Shown here: positions 1 through 8,947 of the stretch, piece after piece
How positions within the stretch are numbered: position 1 is the stretch's first letter
Layout of the letters: each line of letters opens with the position of its first letter
NCBI GenBank assembly: GCA_007376135.1
Contig: VMFR01000002.1
Coordinates: 92,870 to 156,869 of the forward strand
DNA from: Parcubacteria group bacterium Gr01-1014_31
GTDB taxonomy: Bacteria > Patescibacteriota > Patescibacteriia > Buchananbacterales > GWA2-38-13
Direction: 5' to 3'
Length of the DNA: 64,000 nucleotides
Program-made: the position numbers and the translations under genes
Notes under the pieces: model-generated
Told to the model about the DNA's origin: nothing
Databases searched by the model: none
What the model saw: only the letters and a program-made list of their open reading frames with translations

Positions 1-86
1 ATCCACCAACGACTTGCCGTCGATTTTGGTGATATCAATGTGCTCAACGGGCTTGGCGAGCAACTCCTTTTTCGTGGGCTTGGGCA
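1..86 (-). CDS. partial hypothetical protein (N-terminus only; gene continues past window start)
   Basis: Reverse complement begins ATG at 84-86 and reads MPKPTKKELLAKPVEHIDITKIDGKSLVD. GC is host-like, unlike the adjacent low-GC island. No recognisable family from this fragment. Confidence 0.3.
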
Positions 87-115
87 TAAGAAATACTGTT
101 ATCTAGGCGTCATTG

Positions 116-619
116 TTATAATTCTTTTAATAAATTACAACCACGGATACGCCACCACATCGCCTCGTCACTTACATCAAAAACATCGGCCAAACTCTTC
201 ACGTTCTTTAACCCATCCCGAATTTCTCCTTTCAATAACCCTAAAGGCATTAACAGCTCGGCGGCGAATTGATTTGCCTCAATTTCTTCTGGTTTTTGAC
301 TAGTTAAATCAAAAGGTGAATCACCGGTAGTATGCCCCATCATAAAATGCCCAATCTCATGGGCTACTGTGAAACGTTGACGGTGCCGATGCTGATTTTG
401 ATTATATCCAATCGTAATATTCTCTCCTTGGGTTAGTTGCATACCATCGGTGTCTTTACCAAAATCCCACGGGCAAATGGATAAATCGGATGTCTTTTTT
501 AAATATTCAACAATATCCCTTATCCTAATCGGTGGTCTTGTAACTCCAGCGTTGGCTAAAAGTCGCCTAGCAACTTTCCTTGCACTACCAACCCTAGGGT
601 TACCATCAACTTCGCTCAT
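116..619 (-). CDS. ImmA/IrrE family metallo-endopeptidase (COG2856-like)
   Basis: 167 aa with zinc-peptidase motif HEIGHFMMGH. Its start overlaps the stop of the upstream XRE-HTH gene by 14 nt, the typical repressor/anti-repressor pair arrangement. Low GC. Confidence 0.75.
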   Translation of the reverse strand: MSEVDGNPRVGSARKVARRLLANAGVTRPPIRIRDIVEYLKKTSDLSICPWDFGKDTDGMQLTQGENITIGYNQNQHRHRQRFTVAHEIGHFMMGHTTGDSPFDLTSQKPEEIEANQFAAELLMPLGLLKGEIRDGLKNVKSLADVFDVSDEAMWWRIRGCNLLKEL

Positions 620-971
620 GCTTCTTTTTCTTCACAAAGTCGATAAACCGAAGAATCTCCTCCTGATCCTGCTTAGAAAGATTCTTATCTGCACGTAAGG
701 CGAAATTAATATCTTGTTTCTCCTCCAAGCCCAAGAAAAATTTAATATCACGGTGTAAAAAATTGGAAATCTCTTCCAAATCCTCAGCGCGTACCTTTCT
801 TTCACCGGCTTCAATTAATGAAATTGCTGTGGCCGACTCAAATCCAATCACTTCTGCCAGGTCTTTCTGCGATTTTCCGGCAGATTCACGCGCCTCCTTT
901 ATTTTTGAGCCTATAAATTTATTTTTGTCGTCATGATTTTTCATATCAACAGTATGCCCCTCCTCAATCAT
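606..971 (-). CDS. XRE-family helix-turn-helix transcriptional regulator
   Basis: 121 aa. HTH_XRE-like segment KIKEARESAGKSQKDLAEVIGFESATAISLIEAGERK. Co-oriented with and overlapping the ImmA-like gene. Low GC. Confidence 0.75.
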   Translation of the reverse strand: MIEEGHTVDMKNHDDKNKFIGSKIKEARESAGKSQKDLAEVIGFESATAISLIEAGERKVRAEDLEEISNFLHRDIKFFLGLEEKQDINFALRADKNLSKQDQEEILRFIDFVKKKKHERS

Positions 972-1040
972 TCTGGCAAGGCATGGCTGCCAAAACGATT
1001 TGACAGGTTTATTTCAATTTGATAATATAAAAATGCCAAA

Positions 1041-1418
1041 GTGGAAATCTGCAATAAAGGTCGACTGATGAATACTTTGTGCAAGCAAAAACTAATCCAG
1101 TCAAGTCCTATGGTACACAAATACCAAGGCCCATTCCTATACAACGATGAGGTAATTAGCTCTTGGAATTCGAACGCAATCGGCGTCTATTACTGCGGCT
1201 ATCTAAACAGTCGCGAGGTGCTGATTACTCTCTACGTTGGTAAGGGAGCGGGCGAGGGAGGTATTCGTAATCGCCTTCTTGAACACCTACGGAATGAATA
1301 CTGGCCGGATGTTACCCATTTCGGTTACTGCGTCTGCGATACCAAGGAAGATGCCAATAATTTCGAGGCAGTCGAAATTGCGCGTCTAAAACCCAAATAC
1401 AACGTTCAAGGGAAATGA
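1041..1418 (+). CDS. GIY-YIG nuclease domain protein (stand-alone)
   Basis: 125 aa. GIY-like GVYYCGY, YIG-like LYVGKG, conserved Arg IRNRLLEHL, downstream Glu in EAVEIARL. About 40% GC in a 65% GC context. Confidence 0.5.
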   Translation: MEICNKGRLMNTLCKQKLIQSSPMVHKYQGPFLYNDEVISSWNSNAIGVYYCGYLNSREVLITLYVGKGAGEGGIRNRLLEHLRNEYWPDVTHFGYCVCDTKEDANNFEAVEIARLKPKYNVQGK

Positions 1419-1452
1419 AGTGAAACCAACATAAAATACGTTGAATGACAAC

Positions 1453-1480
1453 GGGGGCTAGCTACAACTGGCCCCCTTAA
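1453..1480. terminator. bidirectional rho-independent-type hairpin between GIY-YIG gene and greA
   Basis: GGGGGCTAGCTACAACTGGCCCCC stem-loop followed by TTAATAATTT. Confidence 0.4.
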
Positions 1481-1977
1481 TAATTTAGGCTCACCACCCT
1501 ACACCCCACCCGCTTGCCTGCCAACTGGATTTCCACGGTGTCGCCGACTTGACAGCCCATCAGCGCGGCGCCGACGGGAGATTTGTGCGAGATGACGCCA
1601 GAGGTAGGGTCGGTTTCCGATGACCCCAGAATGGTGTAGGTTTTTTGCTTGCCGTTTATTTCAACGGTCACCGTGCTGCCCAGTTGCACGACCCCGGATT
1701 TTACCGGCTGGATGATGACGATGTGCTTCAGGTATTCCGTCAGCTCGGTGATGCGGTCGTTGAGGTGGCGCAACCGGCCCTTGGCAATGGAGTAGGCCGC
1801 GTTTTCGGAAAAATCCCCCATCTCCGCCAGCCGTTTTACTTCCAAAATGGCGCGGGGCTGCGTCACCGACTTCAACCGGGCAAGCTCCTGTTTGAGCTCG
1901 TCAAGCTTCGCGGCCGTCAGGTTGGGGTCGCTTGGCAAATTGGTGTACTTGCCGGGTTTGCGGATGGGAACGCGCAT
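1477..1977 (-). CDS. greA: transcription elongation factor GreA
   Basis: 166 aa. N-terminal coiled-coil LTAAKLDELKQELARLKSV..RLAEMGDFSENAAY and C-terminal FKBP-like domain typical of GreA. Confidence 0.85.
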   Translation of the reverse strand: MRVPIRKPGKYTNLPSDPNLTAAKLDELKQELARLKSVTQPRAILEVKRLAEMGDFSENAAYSIAKGRLRHLNDRITELTEYLKHIVIIQPVKSGVVQLGSTVTVEINGKQKTYTILGSSETDPTSGVISHKSPVGAALMGCQVGDTVEIQLAGKRVGCRVVSLNY

Positions 1978-1993
1978 GGCTGCTGCCGCGCGC

Positions 1994-3607
1994 CTACGGG
2001 CTGCCGACGGTGAACAGCAGCATCATGCCGGCCTCCAGGTGCTCGGCGATGTGGCAGTGCGCCATCCATTCGCCGGGATTGGTGACTTCCAGCAGCAGCT
2101 CCACGCGGTCGCCCGTTTGAATGGTCGTGGTATCTTTCCACACCAGGTTGTCGCTTTTGACGCCGTTGGTGCTGACCACCAGGAAACGGTTGCCGTGGAA
2201 ATGGATAGGATGCTGCATCGGGTGCTCCGAGTTGGGGTCATTGAACACGCTGATTGTGACCAGGTCGCCGGTTTCAAATTGCCAGTCAATATCCATATTC
2301 GTCTTGCCGGTATCCTCGTCAATGAGCTGCCACTTGACCATTTCGGAGTTGGACATCACGTTCATCATGCCCATGTCATCCTCCCACTCTATCTTTTGTA
2401 CCTGGCCCGCGCCCATCTGGTCGTTGCGCATCATCTGGCCGCCGGCCATCATGTGCATGTCGTGGCCGCCGGCCTGCTGCTGCATCATGCCCATGCCCTC
2501 CATCTTGAGCCCCAACCGCAGCCGCTTGTCCACCGGGCCGTCCATTTCTGCCCGCAGGCGTGAAAGCTCCTCCTGCAGCACCGCGTCGGTCCGCAGGGCG
2601 GCAAACTGCTGGGCATAGGATGGAGAGATTGCCTCGCCGGCAACCACAATCTCGCCCAAGGAATATGTTTTACCCGGCGTGCGGTGCTCCAGGCGGTAGG
2701 TGCCCGGGGTCGCAAACTGCGCTTCTACCACCGCCCGTTCGGAGGGATTGATGAGCACCTCGGAAACCATCTGCTCGCGAACGTAGCGCCCGTTGTCGCC
2801 GCCGACCAGTTTCAGGCGCAGACCACTGATACCCACCTGCAACGGCCGCGCATTGGCGACATTCGTCAGGTAGAAACGGACCACCTCGCCGGTTTGCACT
2901 TCTTGGCGGTAGGACGTTTCGCCGTTGACCAGCAGCACGTTGCCGTAGCGGCCCATCAGCGTCCGGTTGGAAAATTTCTGGTTGAACGGCTCAATGCCGT
3001 TGGGCCCGACCAGCAGGTCATCCAGCGCCAGCACGACTTCGCGGTTCACTGGCGACCAGTAGCCCGCTTGTGTTGGAGTCACCAAAAAATTGCCGTACAG
3101 GCCCAGCTCTTGGGCATAGTCCTCCCGGAAGTGCGGATGGTACCAGTACACGCCCGCGTCCGGGAATTTGATCTCATAGGTAAACGACTCGCCCGGCGGA
3201 ACCACCGGCTGGGTGACGTTCGGCGTGCCGTCAAATTTATTTTTCAGCCGCACCCCGTGGGAGTGGATGGTGGATGGGATGTCGCTGTTGTTGGTGAACC
3301 TGATGGTGACCTCCGCACCCTGCGCCACTTTGATGAGCGGCCCGGGGATGGAGCCGTTGTATGCCAGCATCCGATGCTCGCGGCCATTGATGGTTTTCTT
3401 GACGAAGGAGGCGGTCAGCCGGTACGTGTCGCCGTTCTTCAGTTCCACGGTCTCCGTCGGCTGGGCCTCCGGCAGGTCGGCGGCGGTCGTCGCGAAGGTA
3501 TCGCCAGCTGGCGCGCCGCCAGGGGCAAGCGCGCGGCGGGAGTACAAAGCAAAACCAGCGCCCACGACGGCGACGGTAATGATGATGGCGATGAGCGATT
3601 TTTTCAT
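1994..3607 (-). CDS. multicopper oxidase (CueO/PcoA-like) with Met-rich segment
   Basis: Copper-site motifs HPIHFHG and WMAHCHIAEHLEAGMM. Met/His-rich insert MGMMQQQAGGHDMHMMAGGQMMRNDQMG. N-terminal signal/TM. Start chosen at MKKSLIAIIITV (ATG at 3605-3607); the ORF could extend to 3682. Confidence 0.85.
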   Translation of the reverse strand: MKKSLIAIIITVAVVGAGFALYSRRALAPGGAPAGDTFATTAADLPEAQPTETVELKNGDTYRLTASFVKKTINGREHRMLAYNGSIPGPLIKVAQGAEVTIRFTNNSDIPSTIHSHGVRLKNKFDGTPNVTQPVVPPGESFTYEIKFPDAGVYWYHPHFREDYAQELGLYGNFLVTPTQAGYWSPVNREVVLALDDLLVGPNGIEPFNQKFSNRTLMGRYGNVLLVNGETSYRQEVQTGEVVRFYLTNVANARPLQVGISGLRLKLVGGDNGRYVREQMVSEVLINPSERAVVEAQFATPGTYRLEHRTPGKTYSLGEIVVAGEAISPSYAQQFAALRTDAVLQEELSRLRAEMDGPVDKRLRLGLKMEGMGMMQQQAGGHDMHMMAGGQMMRNDQMGAGQVQKIEWEDDMGMMNVMSNSEMVKWQLIDEDTGKTNMDIDWQFETGDLVTISVFNDPNSEHPMQHPIHFHGNRFLVVSTNGVKSDNLVWKDTTTIQTGDRVELLLEVTNPGEWMAHCHIAEHLEAGMMLLFTVGSP

Positions 3608-3614
3608 AACCGGA

Positions 3615-3800
3615 TTACTTAGACGCGTATTTTTCAGGATGCAGCGTAAACTCCTGCTTACAATCCTCGGAGCAGAACGCATAGATTTTGCCTTCGTGTG
3701 AGAGCGTGATGGCGCCGTTTGCGGACATGCCGCAGACCGGGTCGTTGCCGGCTCCCTGCATCGGCGCGGCTTGGAACTTCTTGAACAGGTTGCGGAACAT
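3615..3800 (-). CDS. YHS/TRASH-domain metal-binding protein
   Basis: 61 aa with DPVCGM...YAFCSEDC. The cysteine pattern is characteristic of YHS copper-binding domains. Confidence 0.65.
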   Translation of the reverse strand: MFRNLFKKFQAAPMQGAGNDPVCGMSANGAITLSHEGKIYAFCSEDCKQEFTLHPEKYASK

Positions 3801-3814
3801 AATAATTAAAAAGA

Positions 3815-4051
3815 TTAAAAATGAGGATTATGTGGCGATTCGTCCCGGCCATGATGGCCCTGTCCGCCGCCGTGCTGCCGGTGCATAAAGATATGCAGGA
3901 GCGGACACAATAGAAGGACGACATAGGGAATGACGGAAACGAGGTGCGTCGTATGATCCTGCAGCAGAAATACGAGGCCAATGACACCAATGGCGGCAAT
4001 GCCGATCCAGACCGGCCGGGAGAACAACCCGATGCGTTCGCTGCTACCCAT
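3815..4051 (-). CDS. small membrane protein, DUF2933-like (common in copper/heavy-metal loci)
   Basis: 78 aa from MGSSERIGLF. One TM segment followed by a His/Gly-rich tail HRQHGGGQGHHGRD. Start ATG complement at 4049-4051. Confidence 0.4.
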   Translation of the reverse strand: MGSSERIGLFSRPVWIGIAAIGVIGLVFLLQDHTTHLVSVIPYVVLLLCPLLHIFMHRQHGGGQGHHGRDESPHNPHF

Positions 4052-4062
4052 GGGAAAAAGGG

Positions 4063-4560
4063 TTATTGCCCTACCCCGGCACCGAAGTGAGTGTGAACAC
4101 CGCCAATCATTTGCCGCACGCACCATTGCGCGTACATCTTGCCAAACAACCGTCCGAGCCACGCGTTCTTCGCGGGCAGGTCGTAGTCAATGAACACGCG
4201 CAGTGTTGCACTAGTTCCCTGCGGCCGGATCTCAAAACCCATCCGGTAATCGCCGACCACCAACAGCCGCGGCGTGCCGACCGTCTCCCAGGTTTTTGCG
4301 CGGGGCGGATCGCGGCGCATGACCACTTCGTGCAGGGACAATGACAGCCCGAGCACACGGCCGTGCATCCGGATATGCGAGCCTACCTTCTGGCCCCGTC
4401 CTTCGTCCAGCACCACCTCCATGCGACCGCCACCCATCATCCAGGAGGACTTGTTCATGTGCGAGGAAAAACTGGCGTGGTCGTCGGTGTACGCAAACAC
4501 CTGCGCCGGGAGCGCGGCGACGGAGATACTGGCTTCGTAATGTCGTTTGGCTTGGGACAT
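4063..4560 (-). CDS. SRPBCC (Bet v1/START-like polyketide-cyclase fold) family protein
   Basis: 165 aa. Overall pattern resembles the SRPBCC ligand-binding superfamily. Judgement by fold-family resemblance only. Confidence 0.45.
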   Translation of the reverse strand: MSQAKRHYEASISVAALPAQVFAYTDDHASFSSHMNKSSWMMGGGRMEVVLDEGRGQKVGSHIRMHGRVLGLSLSLHEVVMRRDPPRAKTWETVGTPRLLVVGDYRMGFEIRPQGTSATLRVFIDYDLPAKNAWLGRLFGKMYAQWCVRQMIGGVHTHFGAGVGQ

Positions 4561-4565
4561 ACGAG

Positions 4566-6662
4566 CTACAGGTGCAACCGCGATTCAACGCGCTTCAGGA
4601 GCACCGCGTTGGTGGCCACAATGATGGAGGAGGCGGACATCAGGAGCGCCGAGACCTCTGGCCGCAACGACCAACCCAGGGAACTATAGAATACCCCGGC
4701 GGCCACGGGAATGGCCAGCAGGTTGTACACGGCGGCCCAGAACAGGTTCTGCTTCATCTTCGTGACCGTGGCCTTGGAAAGCCGGATCGCAGCCACCAGG
4801 TCGTAAGGGTCGGACTTCATCAGTACGATGTTACCCGTCTCAATGGCGACGTCCGTACCGGCGCCGATGGCGATGCCAATATCCGACTGGGCCAACGCAG
4901 GGGCGTCGTTGATGCCATCGCCGACCATCGCGACCCGCTTGCCCTCATCCTGGAGTTTTTTGACGTACTTGGCCTTGTCTTCGGGCAGCACCTCGGCAAA
5001 GTAGCGATCAATCCCCAGGTCCGCGGAGATCGCTTTGGCCACTTGCTCATGGTCGCCCGTGATCATGGCAACCTCCATGCCGAGCTCCTTGAGTTTTTGG
5101 ATGGTCTTTTTGGCGGTCGGCCGCACGGTATCCGCCACGCCGATCACGCCGGCGACCTGCCCGTCAATGGCGACGATGCTGATGGTGTTCCCCGTGCCGA
5201 GGAGTCGGCCGAGTTCCTGCTGCAACGGCGAAAGGTCAATGTGGTGCTGCCGCATCAGGCGTTCAGTCCCCGCAATGACCGTTTTTCCGTCTGCCACCGC
5301 GCGGACGCCGTGGCCGCCAATGGACTCGAACTGTGCGACGCTTTTTTCGATGGAGATGTTGCGCGTTTTGGCCTCCTCGATGATAGCGAGGCTGATGGGA
5401 TGGTTGGAGTTGCGCTCCACGGCGGCCGTGTACGCGAGCACGTCCTCCACAGTGAAGGAGGAAGCCGCCACCACTTCGGTAACCCTGGGTTTGCCTTCGG
5501 TCAGCGTGCCGGTTTTATCCAGCACGATGGCATTGAGCCGCGAGGTGTTCTCCAGCGTGGCCGCGTCTTTGATCAGGATATTATGCTTGGCGCCCAAGCC
5601 GGTGCCGACCGCCACGGCCGTCGGGGTGGCCAGGCCGAGGGCGTCGGGGCACGCAATGACGATCGCCGAAACGGCGAACGTCAGGGCCGTCAGCAGGCCC
5701 GCCCCCGCGACGAAGTACCAGCCTACGAACGCCGCAGCGCCGGCGCCGAGCGCGACCACTACCAGCACCGCGGCGGCCTTATCGGCGATGCGCTGGCCGG
5801 GAGCTTTGGAATTCTGGGCGGTCTCGACCATTTTAATGATCTGCGCCAGCACGGTTTCCGACCCGACCTTCGTCGCCCTGAACTTCGCCGCCCCCGTCAG
5901 ATTGACCGACCCGCCGATGACCTTGGCGCCGGTCTTTTTCGCGACGGGAATGGACTCCCCCGTGACCAGCGACTCATCAATGGACGTTTCCCCCTCAATA
6001 ATTTCACCATCCACGGGCACTTTGTCGCCGGGCCGGAGCACGACCACATCGCCCCGCAGGATCTCGGAACTCGGTATGGTGACTTCCTGGCCATGACGGA
6101 TAACCTTTGCCTGGGGCGGCACGAGGTCAAAGAGCGCGCGCAAGGCGTCCGAAGTACCGCGCCTCGATTTCATTTCCATCCAATGGCCGAAGAGCACGAA
6201 CGTGACCAACAGCGCCGCTGCCTCATAGAAGGTCTCGCTCTCCGGCCGGATGACGGTGAGCAGTACGCTGAAGAGGTAGGCGGCCAGCACGCCGGTCGCG
6301 ATCAGGACCGACATGTTCAGCTTCCGGGCTTTGAGCGCGTGGTAGGTGCCGGTGATGAAGATCGAACCGGTCCAGAATACTACCGGCGTGGTGAGGAGGA
6401 ACAGGAGCCAGCTGACCGGGAGAGGGGTTGGGAGATCGAGTTTGAAGTAGTTGAGTCCCACCGGAGAGTAAAGAAAGATCGGCACCGACAGGATAAAGGA
6501 GATCCAAAACCGCCGGCGCATGTCCGCTTCCATCGCTTTCGCCATCTGCGGATTGGTCATGGCCGCGTCATGATCGGCATGGCTCAGGTGGCGGACGTCG
6601 GGAGCGGGCGTGGCGCTCGCAGGAGCTGCCTGGTGATGTTCGTGCGGGTCGGAGTGGTGCAT
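4566..6662 (-). CDS. heavy-metal (probably copper) translocating P1B-type ATPase with His-rich N-terminus
   Basis: 698 aa. DKTGTLT phosphorylation site, GDGINDAPAL hinge, TGES actuator-type region, eight predicted TM helices. N-terminus MHHSDPHEHHQ resembles CopB-type exporters. The TM6 motif reads CPD rather than the usual CPC/CPH. Confidence 0.9.
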   Translation of the reverse strand: MHHSDPHEHHQAAPASATPAPDVRHLSHADHDAAMTNPQMAKAMEADMRRRFWISFILSVPIFLYSPVGLNYFKLDLPTPLPVSWLLFLLTTPVVFWTGSIFITGTYHALKARKLNMSVLIATGVLAAYLFSVLLTVIRPESETFYEAAALLVTFVLFGHWMEMKSRRGTSDALRALFDLVPPQAKVIRHGQEVTIPSSEILRGDVVVLRPGDKVPVDGEIIEGETSIDESLVTGESIPVAKKTGAKVIGGSVNLTGAAKFRATKVGSETVLAQIIKMVETAQNSKAPGQRIADKAAAVLVVVALGAGAAAFVGWYFVAGAGLLTALTFAVSAIVIACPDALGLATPTAVAVGTGLGAKHNILIKDAATLENTSRLNAIVLDKTGTLTEGKPRVTEVVAASSFTVEDVLAYTAAVERNSNHPISLAIIEEAKTRNISIEKSVAQFESIGGHGVRAVADGKTVIAGTERLMRQHHIDLSPLQQELGRLLGTGNTISIVAIDGQVAGVIGVADTVRPTAKKTIQKLKELGMEVAMITGDHEQVAKAISADLGIDRYFAEVLPEDKAKYVKKLQDEGKRVAMVGDGINDAPALAQSDIGIAIGAGTDVAIETGNIVLMKSDPYDLVAAIRLSKATVTKMKQNLFWAAVYNLLAIPVAAGVFYSSLGWSLRPEVSALLMSASSIIVATNAVLLKRVESRLHL

Positions 6663-6670
6663 ACGGGAAG

Positions 6671-7411
6671 TTAATGAAAGAGGTATTGATGGAATAATTG
6701 TGCCTGGTCGACGATCACCTGGAGCACTATTTTTTCCTCACCGGATACGGCTCCGCCGGTCGGCAACAGGAGCACGCCGCGTTCCGGCGCTTGCGCATCT
6801 GAACTCCCGATAATATCGATGTTTGCGGGTGCAAGAGTATTCCCGGCGGCAAGGGCCTGCAGGATCGCTTTGTTGCTCAGGCCATTCGTTTGCCCGGGCC
6901 ACGCTTCCTCGGAATGAAAAAACTCATGGGTGGTCCGGGCGTTCCGCGGGTTGATGAAACGGAAAAGCCCCCACTTGGTTTTCGCGATCGATGTGGCCGC
7001 AATGCCGAGGAGCTGTTCAAATATGGCGTTCTTTTGCCGGTGCGTTATCTTTTCCCGGCGCAACAAGGTACTGGTCAGCGTCTTGAGCAGCGGGAGGCGG
7101 ACGTTGACCAGACCAATGTACTTCGCTGCGTCAAGGAGCCGGCCGTCCAGCTGCTGTAAATGTTCTTGCAACCGGATCTTTTCCCGCTCACGTTTTTTAA
7201 TTTCATTAACATGCATCTCATACGTGAGCCACGCCACGCCCATAACCAGCACCGTAACAATATTTTGGATGAAGGGCGATGACAATGAGAACAGGTGCCC
7301 GCGAATAATGTGCGGCTGAACGATGAGCACCGCGAACAGAACGAAGTAAATGATCTTTACAATACGGGACATATCGGAATGCGAACACGCATGGTAGCAG
7401 ATATTGGACAC
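6671..7411 (-). CDS. hypothetical membrane-anchored protein
   Basis: 246 aa. Two N-terminal TM helices, then a coiled-coil (NEIKKREREKIRLQEHLQQL) and a soluble domain. No recognisable family. The start may be the internal MSRIVK. Confidence 0.35.
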   Translation of the reverse strand: MSNICYHACSHSDMSRIVKIIYFVLFAVLIVQPHIIRGHLFSLSSPFIQNIVTVLVMGVAWLTYEMHVNEIKKREREKIRLQEHLQQLDGRLLDAAKYIGLVNVRLPLLKTLTSTLLRREKITHRQKNAIFEQLLGIAATSIAKTKWGLFRFINPRNARTTHEFFHSEEAWPGQTNGLSNKAILQALAAGNTLAPANIDIIGSSDAQAPERGVLLLPTGGAVSGEEKIVLQVIVDQAQLFHQYLFH

Positions 7412-7626
7412 TAGCGGCCTTCACGCTCCAACTGCCGGCGGTACAGCGCGCAAATGCCGGCCGAAATCGCGATCAGCTGAAGGATGGCGGCGTCGGCGAA
7501 GAGATGGAACTGCGAAAAACCGAACGCGGTCCCGCCATCCCCCGCCAGCCAGGCCCCGACGAGCGCCGATACGCCCCAGATACCCGCAACGATGGATACT
7601 CCGTGCATCATGGTGGATTTTTTCAT
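7411..7626 (-). CDS. small two-TM membrane protein, unknown function
   Basis: 71 aa with two hydrophobic helices. Lies in the copper locus between csoR and the P-type ATPase. Confidence 0.3.
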   Translation of the reverse strand: MKKSTMMHGVSIVAGIWGVSALVGAWLAGDGGTAFGFSQFHLFADAAILQLIAISAGICALYRRQLEREGR

Positions 7627-7637
7627 AGGTGGTTCAA

Positions 7638-7910
7638 TTATTTATTCGACAGCGTGTACACCCGGATCAACTCCTTGATGGCCTTCTCGTCGCCACCGGC
7701 TTTCTGCATCTGCTGCTTCACGTGCGAACGGAGATGGTTCTCCAGGAGAAAACGGTCAAGACTCTTGAGCGACCGCTGGATCGCGAGGGACTGCTCCAAG
7801 AGGATGGGGCAATACTCTTCGCTTTCGATCGCCTTCACCAGGCCGTCGAGCTGCCCCCGGATGATCTTCGCCCGGTGGATGGCCCGTGTTTTGAGCTTTT
7901 GATCCAGCAT
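7638..7910 (-). CDS. csoR: CsoR/RcnR-family copper-sensing transcriptional repressor
   Basis: KTRAIHRAKIIRGQLDGLVKAIESEEYC...HLRSH follows the CsoR pattern (RGHLDG-like helix and Cys/His ligands). Start taken at MLDQ (ATG complement 7908-7910); the ORF could extend to 7943. Confidence 0.75.
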   Translation of the reverse strand: MLDQKLKTRAIHRAKIIRGQLDGLVKAIESEEYCPILLEQSLAIQRSLKSLDRFLLENHLRSHVKQQMQKAGGDEKAIKELIRVYTLSNK

Positions 7911-7950
7911 AAAGCTTGTGGGGATATGGATAAGACGCGACAACCTGCCT

Positions 7951-7967
7951 ATAGGGTATACCCCTAT
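7951..7967. promoter_or_regulatory. candidate CsoR operator (GC-cored pseudo-palindrome) upstream of csoR
   Basis: ATAGGGTATACCCCTAT is a near-perfect palindrome of the TACCC..GGGTA type used by CsoR repressors. It lies about 40 nt upstream of the csoR start on the minus strand. Confidence 0.35.
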
Positions 7968-8064
7968 ATCCTATTTGTCAATCCCCCGCCCGATTCTCCC
8001 CCGGTCAAAACGTGAATCAATAACCCTGCGGCAGAAACCGCAGGGTTATTAAAGCGGAACCGTT

Positions 8065-8847
8065 CTATTTCACGTACTGGTCGATGGTCGTTTTAACCTG
8101 CTCGAACGGCTGCGCACCGGAGATAATGCGGGTTTCGCCGCTGCGGGTGAGGAGTACCGTACCCGGGGTGCCGGTCACGCCGGCCTGCTGGCCTTCGGTC
8201 ATATCCTGCTGGACCTTCTGGGCGTACTTGCCGCTGTCCAGGCACGACTTGAACTTGGCCTCGTTCAAACCGATCTCCTTGGCTAACGGCACCAAGTCAG
8301 CTAACGGAAACCCCGTACCATTCGAAGTCGTGCGCTCGAACATGGTATCAAGGTATTTCCAGAACGCGACATTGCCGCCCAGCTCACCCGCGCACTCGGA
8401 GGCTTCCGCTTCCTTCTGCGCGTTGGCGTGGAACGAGAGCGGGAAATGGCGGTATACCCAGGCGACCTTGGTGCCGTAGGTCTGCACGACCTGCTCCATC
8501 GTCGGATGGAACCGTTTGCAGAATGGGCACTCGATGTCGGAGTACTCGATGAGGAAGATCTCGGCCTTAGAGAAATCACCCTTGATGTGGTCGGTCTTGG
8601 AAACCGGCTTGACCTGGCCGGCCGTGGGCTCGGTCGGGTCGTTGGCCGACGGCAACTGCGCCCCGGCGACCTGGCCGCCCGTCGACGGCTTGGCCGCGAC
8701 CACGTCGTCATCGCCGCCGCCCAACCCTTGGCCCTTCAGCACCAAGGGCAGCGTGATGACAAACCCGATGGCCATCACGGCCAGGATGCCACCGACAAAG
8801 CCGGACCAGAACGCCGACTTCGGAGGCAGATTATTGATCACCTGCAT
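8065..8847 (-). CDS. DsbA/BdbD-family thiol-disulfide oxidoreductase, membrane-anchored
   Basis: 260 aa. N-terminal TM, Gly/Asp-rich linker, thioredoxin-fold domain with CPFC active site. Confidence 0.75.
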   Translation of the reverse strand: MQVINNLPPKSAFWSGFVGGILAVMAIGFVITLPLVLKGQGLGGGDDDVVAAKPSTGGQVAGAQLPSANDPTEPTAGQVKPVSKTDHIKGDFSKAEIFLIEYSDIECPFCKRFHPTMEQVVQTYGTKVAWVYRHFPLSFHANAQKEAEASECAGELGGNVAFWKYLDTMFERTTSNGTGFPLADLVPLAKEIGLNEAKFKSCLDSGKYAQKVQQDMTEGQQAGVTGTPGTVLLTRSGETRIISGAQPFEQVKTTIDQYVK

Positions 8848-8947
8848 AAACGGTGTGCGTTAATGATTATGAATAACGATTGACGAGCGAACGAGATTCG
8901 CTGTATGCGGAAAAGGCAGATCACCGACGCGCGAGATCACCCAAACA

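Noticed and set aside
40-303. 87-aa + strand ORF at the window start
   Set aside because: Overlaps the ImmA-like gene on the opposite strand. Straddles the GC-composition boundary. No recognisable features.
4341-6674. 777-aa ORF on the + strand antisense to the P-type ATPase gene
   Set aside because: Arg/Gly/Pro-rich composition typical of antisense reading of a high-GC gene. No start context and no domain signal. The opposite-strand ATPase has unambiguous motifs.
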